DNA from: Candidatus Gastranaerophilales bacterium
GTDB lineage: Bacteria; Cyanobacteriota; Vampirovibrionia; Gastranaerophilales; Gastranaerophilaceae
Length of the DNA: 64,000 bases
Reading direction: 5' to 3'
NCBI GenBank assembly: GCA_947624685.1
Contig: CANQLJ010000003.1
Coordinates: 13,067 to 77,066, forward strand
Every line of letters starts with the position of its first letter. The stretch's first letter is position 1. Positions 56,206 to 64,000 of the stretch are shown here, in pieces. The notes below the pieces were generated by a model that worked only from the letters and a program-made list of their open reading frames with translations, was not told the DNA's origin and did no database searches. The position numbers and the translations under genes were made by a program.

Positions 56206-58142
56206 TAATATTCTCCAATCTTTGTCGTTGAGTTCAAATCTTTTAAAATTTGAGTTGATATTTGTTGTTTTTGCTCATCTGTAATTGTGTTGTCTTTTAA
56301 CATTTTTTTCAGTTTGTCTTTTTTTTCTTGTTCATTTATTTTATTGAGTCGGAATATCGTTTCGTCTATCGCCATTTTATAGTCATCAAAACTTAAGTTG
56401 TTAAATTCGCGCGAAGAAAAAATATTATCCGAAATTTTTTTTTGTGCTTCTACTTCATTATAAAACTCGAGAAAAAGTTTTTTTGCTAATTCGTCAACAT
56501 TATTTACTTTTGCTAAATTTTTGTCAATTTCTTCTATAATCTTTGCATTTGTTTCGTCTTGACAGTTGTAGCATTTTATTTTTTCTTTAAAATAATCTTT
56601 TTTATTTTCGTCATTTATTGAAAAAGCAAGCTTAATTAAATTTTCTTCCATCATTTCATGCTTGTTTGGATTTTCTTTTTGTGCCGTTATGGTAAGCTTC
56701 AAAAAATCCTCATCTTCCGTTTTAAGAGCGTCATAGATGTCTTGTTGTTTGTTTAGAATTTGGGTTTTTAAGATATTTTGCGACACATCCAATTTAAAAG
56801 ATGCGACTTTAATATAATCGTCCAAAATCACGGGATTTTTAATTTGACACAAAATATCGGCAATTTGGATGACAAATTTGCTTTTTTCTTGCGCAGTGAT
56901 ATTTTTTGTTATTTCGCTATAGATATTATTCAATTGATAATCAAGCAATAATGGTGCTTTTGCAACTTTTTCAAGATATAAGTCTGCTCCGAATTCTCTT
57001 ATAAATTCGTCGGGGTCTTTTCCTTCAATTTCTTGCACCACGCGAATTTCGCAAACGTTATCATCATTGTTTGAAAAATTGGAATCATACTGTTTAATAT
57101 CGCCCAATGCTCCAAAAATATTTTTTATAATTTGTGCTCCGTGCTCAATTGCTTTTTTGCCTGCGCTATCCGTATCAAAAGCAAGATAGATTCTTCTTGA
57201 GGGGCTATAGCGGCAAATTTGCTTTATATGCTGCGGAGTTAATGCTGTTCCGCAAGTGGCGACGGTGTTTTTGACTCCCCCTAATTGTGCCGATATAACA
57301 TCAAAATATCCTTCCATAAATATCACGCTGTCATGCTCAATTATTGCGTCTTTTGCATAATTGAGCCCAAATAAAACCGCGCTTTTATTATATATTATGC
57401 TCTCGGGTGAGTTAATATATTTTGGCATCTGCCCTTCTAAAATTGCACGAGCTCCAAAGGCGATGGTGTTTGAATTTATGTCTTTAATCGGAATTGTGAT
57501 TCGATTTTTAAATCTGTCAAAGTAATTTCCGTCTTTTTCATAGATTAAACCCGATTTCATAAGTTCGTCAATTGTGAAACCGAGGTTTGTTAAATAGTTT
57601 TTTAATTCAAAACTTCCCTTAGGAGCAAGCCCCAAAGAAAAGCTTGAGATTGCGTTTTTGTCTATTCCTCTTTTTTGAAGGTATTCAAGCGCCTTTGAAT
57701 TTTGTTCGAGGTTTTGTTTGAAATAATTCTGCGCCGTAGCCATGGCATCATACAGGCGTTCTTTTTCCTGTTTGCTGTATAGTGCGTTTTTTGATGAATT
57801 CTTCGGAAGCTCTATTCCTAATTGGATAGCTTGTTCTTCGATGACTTCCGTAAATGTTTGATTGTTTATTTTCATCAAAAACGTTAAAACATCGCCCCCA
57901 ACGCCGCAGCCGAAGCATTTAAAAATTTGTTTATCCGGCGTCACGACAAAAGAAGGGGTCTTTTCGTGATGAAAAGGACAGAGCCCTTGAAAATTTCTTC
58001 CGGTTTTTTTTAAGACAACATATCTCGATACAACTTCCACTATATCTAAGCTGTCTTTTATTTTTTCGATTGCTTGTTGATAAGTAACTTCCGACATCGT
58101 ATCTAAAATAAACTCGTATGTTCTGTTATGTTTTAACACCAA
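56205..58142 (-). CDS. dnaG: DNA primase
   Basis: Zinc finger [13 protein letters not shown]...[11 protein letters not shown] and TOPRIM EGYFDV ... [11 protein letters not shown]. Its stop overlaps the rpoD start (TAATG). Confidence 0.9.
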   Translation of the reverse strand: MVLKHNRTYEFILDTMSEVTYQQAIEKIKDSLDIVEVVSRYVVLKKTGRNFQGLCPFHHEKTPSFVVTPDKQIFKCFGCGVGGDVLTFLMKINNQTFTEVIEEQAIQLGIELPKNSSKNALYSKQEKERLYDAMATAQNYFKQNLEQNSKALEYLQKRGIDKNAISSFSLGLAPKGSFELKNYLTNLGFTIDELMKSGLIYEKDGNYFDRFKNRITIPIKDINSNTIAFGARAILEGQMPKYINSPESIIYNKSAVLFGLNYAKDAIIEHDSVIFMEGYFDVISAQLGGVKNTVATCGTALTPQHIKQICRYSPSRRIYLAFDTDSAGKKAIEHGAQIIKNIFGALGDIKQYDSNFSNNDDNVCEIRVVQEIEGKDPDEFIREFGADLYLEKVAKAPLLLDYQLNNIYSEITKNITAQEKSKFVIQIADILCQIKNPVILDDYIKVASFKLDVSQNILKTQILNKQQDIYDALKTEDEDFLKLTITAQKENPNKHEMMEENLIKLAFSINDENKKDYFKEKIKCYNCQDETNAKIIEEIDKNLAKVNNVDELAKKLFLEFYNEVEAQKKISDNIFSSREFNNLSFDDYKMAIDETIFRLNKINEQEKKDKLKKMLKDNTITDEQKQQISTQILKDLNSTTKIGEY

Positions 58143-58235
58143 AAAAACAACTTTTAAAGACTATTTTTTGTTTTAGTTTAAAAAAGTTTACAAGATGTGT
58201 TCTTTGTGTTTAAATTTTTGTATTGGAAAAGCTTT

Positions 58236-59150
58236 ATGGATAAGATTTTGTCGAAAAGTACAATTTCATATTTTAACGATTGTTTGGCTAAAAATAAAAA
58301 TAACTATGCAAATCTTTTTAAGACCTTAAAAAAGAAATATAAAAAGCTTGATTTGGCGCTGATTTATAACTACATTCTTCAAACAAGCGACGACAATAAG
58401 CTATTAAACCAAACAATAAGAGAAATTAATGTTTCAAAATACATCGACAATTTTTCCGCCCTGCTTGATTTTATCGTTGTTTCAAATGACGTTAATTTAA
58501 GAGTTTTGGCAATTAAAACCGTAGCGCTTTATAAAAACACAAAGGCTCTGCCCATATTATTAGACTGCCTCAACAACAAAAATTCTAACTATAAGTTGAG
58601 ATTGGCAAGTGCTGAAGCATTGGGTAAAATAGGCGATAAAAAAGCTTTTGAGGCGCTTGGGTATGTTGCAAAAGATGAACAAGAAAAATCAGCCTACGTT
58701 AAAGAATCTGCCGTAATGGCGCTTGGAATGCTCGGGGATAATCGCGCGATAGATGTATTTAATTCCATAATGCAATCTAAAAATATGTTTTTAGATAAAT
58801 TTTTATATTTAAAAGAAAGAATAATTGAGTCGTTAGCTAAATTTGATGTTTCAAAAGAAAAAAAAGCTTATGAAATATTAAAAAATTCTCTAACCGACGA
58901 TAACATAAAAATCAGAATAAGCGCGATAGAAGCTTTGATGAATAGCGAAATCGACGAAGCCTGGGATTTAATTTATGAAAGATTAAAAAATGATGTTGAT
59001 ATTGAGGTTCAAAAAAACGCTCTTGTGGCTTTGTATAATATTTCAGACAGAAATATATTGGATGAAGTGGCAAATGCGACCGGGGGCGAATTTAACAATG
59101 AACTAAAAAATTACGCTCTTAGATTAATCAAGGAATATGAAGATGATTAA
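58236..59150 (+). CDS. HEAT-repeat protein (PBS-lyase HEAT-like)
   Basis: Repeated units of the type LRxxAxxALGKIGDxxA / VRxSAxxALGxLGD. Confidence 0.7.
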   Translation: MDKILSKSTISYFNDCLAKNKNNYANLFKTLKKKYKKLDLALIYNYILQTSDDNKLLNQTIREINVSKYIDNFSALLDFIVVSNDVNLRVLAIKTVALYKNTKALPILLDCLNNKNSNYKLRLASAEALGKIGDKKAFEALGYVAKDEQEKSAYVKESAVMALGMLGDNRAIDVFNSIMQSKNMFLDKFLYLKERIIESLAKFDVSKEKKAYEILKNSLTDDNIKIRISAIEALMNSEIDEAWDLIYERLKNDVDIEVQKNALVALYNISDRNILDEVANATGGEFNNELKNYALRLIKEYEDD

Positions 59151-59820
59151 TATTAAAAAAGATGATTCGGCAATTATTCTTCTATCGGGCGGTCTTGACA
59201 GTCTTGTTGCGCTTGATATAATTTCAAAAAAAATTGACAACAAAAATATCTTGGCTCTTTTTTTTAATTACGGGCAAAAAGCATATTTTGATGAGTTTGA
59301 TGCGGTTAAAAAAATTTCAGAGAAATATGATATAAAATATGAAAAAATTGATTTACCGTATTTAAAAAATATTACAAATAATGCTCTAACAAATCCTGAT
59401 AATAATGATTTTGATAATCTTGAATCAATTTGGGTTCCGAATCGAAACGGGTTATTTTTAAATATTGCGGCAAGCTATTGCGATTCAAAAAAAATCGACT
59501 ATATTATAATCGGGATAAACGAAGAAGAAGGGCGAGAATTTAGTGATAATACAAAAGAATATATAAAAAGCGCAAATGAATTTTTAAAATATTGCGTTTC
59601 ATATCCCACAAAAGTCATAGCACCATGTCAAAATATGGATAAGCTTGAGATGGTAAATTATATGATTGAAAATGAAATCCCATTTAATCTTATTAAAAGC
59701 TGTTATGAATCTAAAGAAAATACAGGAAAAAAACACTGCATGAATTGTAAATCTTGTAAATTATTATATAATGCAATAATAAAGAGTAAAAACCCAAAAC
59801 TTGTTAAGGAATTAATTTAA
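59137..59820 (+). CDS. queC: 7-cyano-7-deazaguanine synthase
   Basis: PP-loop ILLSGGLDSLVAL, VPNRNG and a C-terminal Cys cluster (CYES...HCMNCKSC). Confidence 0.85.
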   Translation: MKMINIKKDDSAIILLSGGLDSLVALDIISKKIDNKNILALFFNYGQKAYFDEFDAVKKISEKYDIKYEKIDLPYLKNITNNALTNPDNNDFDNLESIWVPNRNGLFLNIAASYCDSKKIDYIIIGINEEEGREFSDNTKEYIKSANEFLKYCVSYPTKVIAPCQNMDKLEMVNYMIENEIPFNLIKSCYESKENTGKKHCMNCKSCKLLYNAIIKSKNPKLVKELI

Positions 59821-59827
59821 AAAAAAT

Positions 59828-60382
59828 ATGAAAACGCACTTTATTGAAAAAGAAATAAAATACATAGGTTCCCAGCTTGCTCCTCATTGGATTTACAAAA
59901 ATTTTAATATCCAAGGCGATGCTATTGTTTCATTCATTGGCGAAGTGGATGTCAAACTTGATGAAATGGTTGATATTGAAGATGTTATAAATAATGAACC
60001 AATATATTCCAAAAAAATGGTTAATTTTATAATCGAGATGTTTGATTGTAAATTAGAACAGATGGTTTTAGTTCAAAGACTTTTTATGAGTATAATTAAA
60101 GAAGTGCTTGAAAAAAGAGGAATTAAAACAACAAGAAGGGGTGACGATTTATTTTATCAAAACAGAAAATTATCCGTTTCAATTGCAACAAAATCAATAA
60201 CATCTTGCCTTATACATAGTGCATTAAATATAATAAAAGAAGGAGCGCCGATAAAAGCATCGGATTTAACTGAAATGGGAATTAAGGATATTGAAGATTT
60301 TGCCAAAGAAATTATGGAAGAATTTCGAGTTGAAATTGAAGGTATAAAAATGGCAACATATAAAGTAAGAGGGCTTTATTAG
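59828..60382 (+). CDS. Conserved hypothetical protein, possibly DUF366-like
   Basis: 184 aa. The blocks MVDIEDV, RRGDDLFYQNRKLSVSIAT and YKVRGL resemble what I recall of DUF366. The assignment comes from memory only. Confidence 0.3.
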   Translation: MKTHFIEKEIKYIGSQLAPHWIYKNFNIQGDAIVSFIGEVDVKLDEMVDIEDVINNEPIYSKKMVNFIIEMFDCKLEQMVLVQRLFMSIIKEVLEKRGIKTTRRGDDLFYQNRKLSVSIATKSITSCLIHSALNIIKEGAPIKASDLTEMGIKDIEDFAKEIMEEFRVEIEGIKMATYKVRGLY

Positions 60383-60386
60383 ATTA

Positions 60387-61166
60387 ATGGACTACAATCA
60401 ATCCGGATATTTTGCATATAAAAAGAAAAAGATTCAATCTGAAATGAGAGAAGTGAGCGTCAAGCGCCCTATATCAAAGTTGAACTTCCTTTTTCAATTG
60501 TTTTTGGCAACATTTCTTATTATGTTTGTTGTAATTGTTGTCACGATTATGAAATATTCTTCCAAAATGGATATTGAATATGCGCAAGGCGAAATCCAGC
60601 AAGCTCAAACGACAATCGGGCCTTTGACTCATCTTGATAATGATGAATTATTGCCCCAGCAAAGAAAAATTGACAAAAGATTGAGATTGATTCAACAGGA
60701 GGAAAACGCTCCGAGCGAAGCAAAAATTGTCGATAAAAACACAAACTATCCTAAAGTCATTGAAGAAAGTGTGATGGAAGAAACAATCAAACAAGAAAAA
60801 ATCGAAAAAATTCAAAAACAAAATGAAATTCAAGTTCAAACGCAGCAAAAACGTGCCGAAGAAAATGACAAAAAACAAGGACTTTTTGTTGATTTGAAGC
60901 CGAAGAAAAATGATATTGATATTGCAAATGACCAAAATGTGACAATTTTATCAAAAGTTTTAGTCGGAAGATTTACGACTTTTGAAGAAGCTGTATCGGC
61001 TCAAAATCAAATAAAATCAACTAATCCCGAGCTATCTCCGTTTGTAAGAAAAGTCGGAAGTGTCTATAGTGTTCAGATGGGTTCTTATCAAGACTTTAAC
61101 GTTGCTCAAAATCAAGCAAGAATGCTTAAAACTAAAGGCTTTGACGTTTGGATTTATCAGCAATAG
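60387..61166 (+). CDS. SPOR-domain membrane protein
   Basis: N-terminal TM helix, Q/E/K-rich linker and a C-terminal SPOR pattern (VLVGRFTTFEEAVSAQNQIK...YSVQMGSYQDFNVAQNQARMLKTKGFDVWI). Confidence 0.7.
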   Translation: MDYNQSGYFAYKKKKIQSEMREVSVKRPISKLNFLFQLFLATFLIMFVVIVVTIMKYSSKMDIEYAQGEIQQAQTTIGPLTHLDNDELLPQQRKIDKRLRLIQQEENAPSEAKIVDKNTNYPKVIEESVMEETIKQEKIEKIQKQNEIQVQTQQKRAEENDKKQGLFVDLKPKKNDIDIANDQNVTILSKVLVGRFTTFEEAVSAQNQIKSTNPELSPFVRKVGSVYSVQMGSYQDFNVAQNQARMLKTKGFDVWIYQQ

Positions 61167-61219
61167 TTTTATGATTATTTTTTAAATTGTTATTGCTGTT
61201 TTGTGCTATTTTCTATTTA

Positions 61220-62590
61220 TTATTTTCTGTTCACAAGGGTTTCGGGGTAATTTTGTTCAATAAAGCTTGTGTTAAAGTTGCCTGTGATGAAGTTTTCATT
61301 TTTTAAGATTTTTTTATGAAAACCGATTGTCGTTTTAATTCCCGTAATTACATAATCATTGAGCGCTCTTAACATTGTTCTTCGGGCAGTTTCTCTGTCT
61401 TTTCCCCAGCAGATTACTTTTCCGACCAATGAATCGTAATAGGGAGGGATTTTATACCCCGGGTATGCGTGAGAATCGACGCGTGTTCCAAAGCCTCCGG
61501 GGGCGATATAGCCTTCGATTTGTCCGGGACACGGTAAAAAGCATTTTTCATAGTCTTCGGCGTTAATTCTGCATTCTATGGCATGGCCTGATAATTTAAC
61601 GTCTTCTTGTTTATAAGATAATTTTTCGCCTTGTGCGATTCTTATTTGTTCTTTTACAATATCGATGTTTGTAACCATCTCGGTTACGCAATGTTCGACT
61701 TGAACACGGGTGTTCATTTCCATAAAATAGAATTTTTTATCCTTGGGATTGCTTTCATCGAGCAAAAATTCGAGTGTTCCCGTGCCTTCGTAATTTATTG
61801 CGCGAGCGGCATTGATTGCGGCTTCGCCCATCTTTTTTCTGATTTCCGGGGTAATTGCGCTTGACGGCGCTTCTTCAAGGAGTTTTTGATTTCTTCTTTG
61901 AATCGAGCAATCTCTTTCGCCAAGATGAATCACATTGCCATAGCTGTCAGCTAAGATTTGAACTTCTATGTGGCGGGGGTTTTCGATGAATTTTTCAACA
62001 TAAACATCACCGTTTGCAAAAGCGTTTTGAGCTTCGCTTTTACATAAATTAAAAGCATCTTCAAGCTGTGAATCGTCTCGAACGATTCTCATACCTTTTC
62101 CGCCGCCGCCTGCGGTTGCTTTAATAATTATCGGATAGCCGACTTTTTTTGCAAATTTTCTTATGGTTTCAGTGTCATTCACTATTCCTAAGCCAGGAGT
62201 TATGGGGACGCCGGAGGCTTCCATAGTTGCTCTTGCGTTTGCTTTATCCCCCATTTTAAGCATTGCGGTAGAACTTGGGCCGATAAATTTAATATGATGT
62301 TCTTCGCAAATATCGACGAAATCGGCTCTTTCGGATAAGAATCCGTATCCGGGGTGAATAGCGTCCGCTCCTGTAGTAAGAGCCACAGAAATGAGCGCCG
62401 GGATATGAAGATAGCTTTTTGAACTTTGTGCAGGCCCGATGCAATAAGCTTCGTCGGCTAATGAAACATGCAAACTTTCGCTATCCGCTTGAGAATAAAC
62501 CGCAACGGTTGAAATACCCAACTCGCGGCATGCTCTTATGATTCTGATTGCTATTTCGCCTCTGTTTGCGATTAATACTTTTTTAAACAT
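61220..62590 (-). CDS. accC: Biotin carboxylase
   Basis: MFKKVLIANRGEIAIRIIRAC N-terminus, the ATP-grasp GGGGKGMRIV, EMNTRVQVEH. Confidence 0.95.
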   Translation of the reverse strand: MFKKVLIANRGEIAIRIIRACRELGISTVAVYSQADSESLHVSLADEAYCIGPAQSSKSYLHIPALISVALTTGADAIHPGYGFLSERADFVDICEEHHIKFIGPSSTAMLKMGDKANARATMEASGVPITPGLGIVNDTETIRKFAKKVGYPIIIKATAGGGGKGMRIVRDDSQLEDAFNLCKSEAQNAFANGDVYVEKFIENPRHIEVQILADSYGNVIHLGERDCSIQRRNQKLLEEAPSSAITPEIRKKMGEAAINAARAINYEGTGTLEFLLDESNPKDKKFYFMEMNTRVQVEHCVTEMVTNIDIVKEQIRIAQGEKLSYKQEDVKLSGHAIECRINAEDYEKCFLPCPGQIEGYIAPGGFGTRVDSHAYPGYKIPPYYDSLVGKVICWGKDRETARRTMLRALNDYVITGIKTTIGFHKKILKNENFITGNFNTSFIEQNYPETLVNRK

Positions 62591-62694
62591 AGTGATTTCC
62601 TAAAAAACATCTGTTATTTACCGGCTAAAATTCCCCATAGCCTATAATGAGGCAGCTTTAGCCAATTTATATAAAACAACTTAATCTTTAAATA

Positions 62695-63147
62695 TTATTC
62701 AACATACATTAATACTTGGCCGTATTCAACGCTTTGACCGTCTTCTACGCAAATTTGAGTGATTTTGCCCGAGACTTCGGTTTCAATTTCATTCATTAAT
62801 TTCATTGCTTCAACGATGCAAACAACTTGTCCGGCACTTACCGTATCTCCGACTTTAACAAAAGGTTTAGCGCCCGGAGCGGGAGCGGCATAAAATGCGC
62901 CCACCATCGGAGAAGTAATCGCCGTACCTTTTGGCTGGGGTTTATCTTCTTTTATTTGGTTATTTGCTTGAATTTGGATAGGTTGAATATTCGGCGCTTG
63001 AGCTATGGGCATTTGCTGCGGCATAACGCTATAGCCTTCTTTTCTTACCGTGATTGCTTCTTTGTCGTCTTCAAGGATAATTTCGGTTAAGTTATTATCA
63101 TTTATAACGCGAGCAATTTTTTCAATGTATTCAATTTCAAATTTCAT
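62695..63147 (-). CDS. accB: Biotin carboxyl carrier protein
   Basis: C-terminal biotinyl domain with the [10 protein letters not shown] motif and a P/Q-rich linker. Confidence 0.9.
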   Translation of the reverse strand: MKFEIEYIEKIARVINDNNLTEIILEDDKEAITVRKEGYSVMPQQMPIAQAPNIQPIQIQANNQIKEDKPQPKGTAITSPMVGAFYAAPAPGAKPFVKVGDTVSAGQVVCIVEAMKLMNEIETEVSGKITQICVEDGQSVEYGQVLMYVE

Positions 63148-63159
63148 TACAGTATTTCC

Positions 63160-63717
63160 TTATACTCTGTCAAGATATTCGTTGGTTCTTGTGTTAATTC
63201 TTAATACATCGCCCACTTGAATGAAAAACGGAACGTTGACTACTGCTCCGCCATCTAATGTTGCGGGTTTAGAGCCGCCTTGAGCAGTGTTTCCTTTTTC
63301 GGCGGGAGGTGTATCCACTACAGCCAATTCAACGAAGTTTGGTAAATCTATACCGATGATTTTAGAATCATGCATTAAAATTTGTACCGTCATATTTTCT
63401 TTTAAATATTTAATACCATCCCCCACTCTATCGGCAGGCACAGGCAACTGTTCATAAGATTCTAAATCCATCATAACAAGGTCATTGCCTTCTTTATAAA
63501 GATATTGCATTTCGCGTCTGTCAAGCATTGCTTTACCGACTTTTTCGCCCGCGCGGAAGGTTTTTTCAACGACTTGACCCGTTTCAACGTTTTTTAATTT
63601 TGTTCGAACAAAAGCCGCACCTTTACCGGGTTTTACGTGCAAAAACTCGATAACTGACCAAAGGGAATTGTCTATATCAAGCGTCAAACCTGTTTTTAAA
63701 TCGTTTACTGAAATCAT
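63160..63717 (-). CDS. efp: Elongation factor P
   Basis: SVNDLKTGL...HVKPGKGAAFVRTKLKN, 185 aa, classic efp-accB-accC order. Confidence 0.95.
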   Translation of the reverse strand: MISVNDLKTGLTLDIDNSLWSVIEFLHVKPGKGAAFVRTKLKNVETGQVVEKTFRAGEKVGKAMLDRREMQYLYKEGNDLVMMDLESYEQLPVPADRVGDGIKYLKENMTVQILMHDSKIIGIDLPNFVELAVVDTPPAEKGNTAQGGSKPATLDGGAVVNVPFFIQVGDVLRINTRTNEYLDRV

Positions 63718-63734
63718 ATTTTTTTCCTGTTTAT

Positions 63735-64000
63735 CTAATCTTCAAAGTTAATTTTATCATAAACTTGATTTTTTACATAAAAATTTTGGTCATTTTTTAT
63801 AAGTTCTATTAATTCATTTGGAACATTATCAATATTCATAAGGATTTTGGCGGATTTTTCCCTGATTGTATAATCTTGAAATTTTATTGTTTTTTTAAAA
63901 ATTTCTAATGCTTGAGAGCTATTTTTGTTGTTTATGCAATAGGATAAACTCTCTAAAAACCAATAGAGCGAAAAAAGTTTTTTGTTTTTAGCATGGCTTT
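63735..64000 (-). CDS. C-terminal 88 codons of an unidentified protein (start lies beyond the right window edge)
   Basis: Hand translation ...SLSYCINNKNSSQALEIFKKTIKFQDYTIREKSAKILMNIDNVPNELIELIKNDQNFYVKNQVYDKINFED, with stop TAG at 63737..63735. Not in the ORF track because it is edge-truncated. Helical-repeat-like. Confidence 0.4.
   Translation of the reverse strand, partial: SHAKNKKLFSLYWFLESLSYCINNKNSSQALEIFKKTIKFQDYTIREKSAKILMNIDNVPNELIELIKNDQNFYVKNQVYDKINFED

Noticed and set aside
30184-62000. Numerous antisense or out-of-frame ORFs inside conserved genes. Examples: 30184..30411, 30595..30816, 32570..33211, 41537..42190, 50716..50946, 51393..51749, 55184..55561, 61375..61864, 62827..63090.
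   Set aside because: Each is embedded in a gene with unambiguous family motifs on the other frame or strand, and the translations are low complexity. They are typical shadow ORFs.

Overview
AT-rich bacterial chromosomal segment, roughly 30% G+C by eye (not computed), densely coded on both strands. All homology calls are motif recognition by eye on the supplied translations, with no database search, and coordinates of small sites were counted by hand.

Housekeeping blocks:
- rpmF-plsX-fabD-fabG
- leuD-leuB
- lysC-tilS-hpt
- gmk-coaBC-nif3-aroC-aroK-aroB
- dnaG-rpoD
- queC
- efp-accB-accC
- kdsC, gshB, eda-like
- a histidine kinase / receiver pair

Lineage inference: the primary sigma factor carries a cyanobacterial-type RKLRHPNRS tail and there is a Tic20-like membrane protein, but no photosynthesis genes. 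I infer, but cannot prove, a non-photosynthetic cyanobacterial relative (Melainabacteria/Vampirovibrionia-like).

The clearly accessory part is a ~6.8 kb element integrated into the 3' end of tRNA-Glu(UUC), bounded by perfect 42-bp direct repeats at 8263-8304 and 15056-15097. It carries:
- a tyrosine integrase, an excisionase-like HTH, two XRE regulators and a visibly more G+C-rich serine recombinase
- a ribbon-helix-helix-led operon of three ORFans
- a 0.53 kb ORF-free segment
- a signal-peptide protein

I could not assign a function to the cargo. It is the best candidate for something new here, but I see no recognisable defence, toxin or reverse-transcriptase motifs.

Downstream of the island lies a 0.8 kb hairpin and repeat field with further tRNA-Glu 3' fragments and two 39-bp G+C-rich repeats. 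After that comes an envelope-glycan cluster: two paralogous GT-C-like membrane proteins, a UbiA-type polyprenyl-phosphate phosphoribosyltransferase-like gene and a GtrA-like gene.

The window also holds many lineage-specific ORFans. Two edge-truncated ORFs absent from the ORF track are reported (1-702 and 63735-64000, both minus strand).
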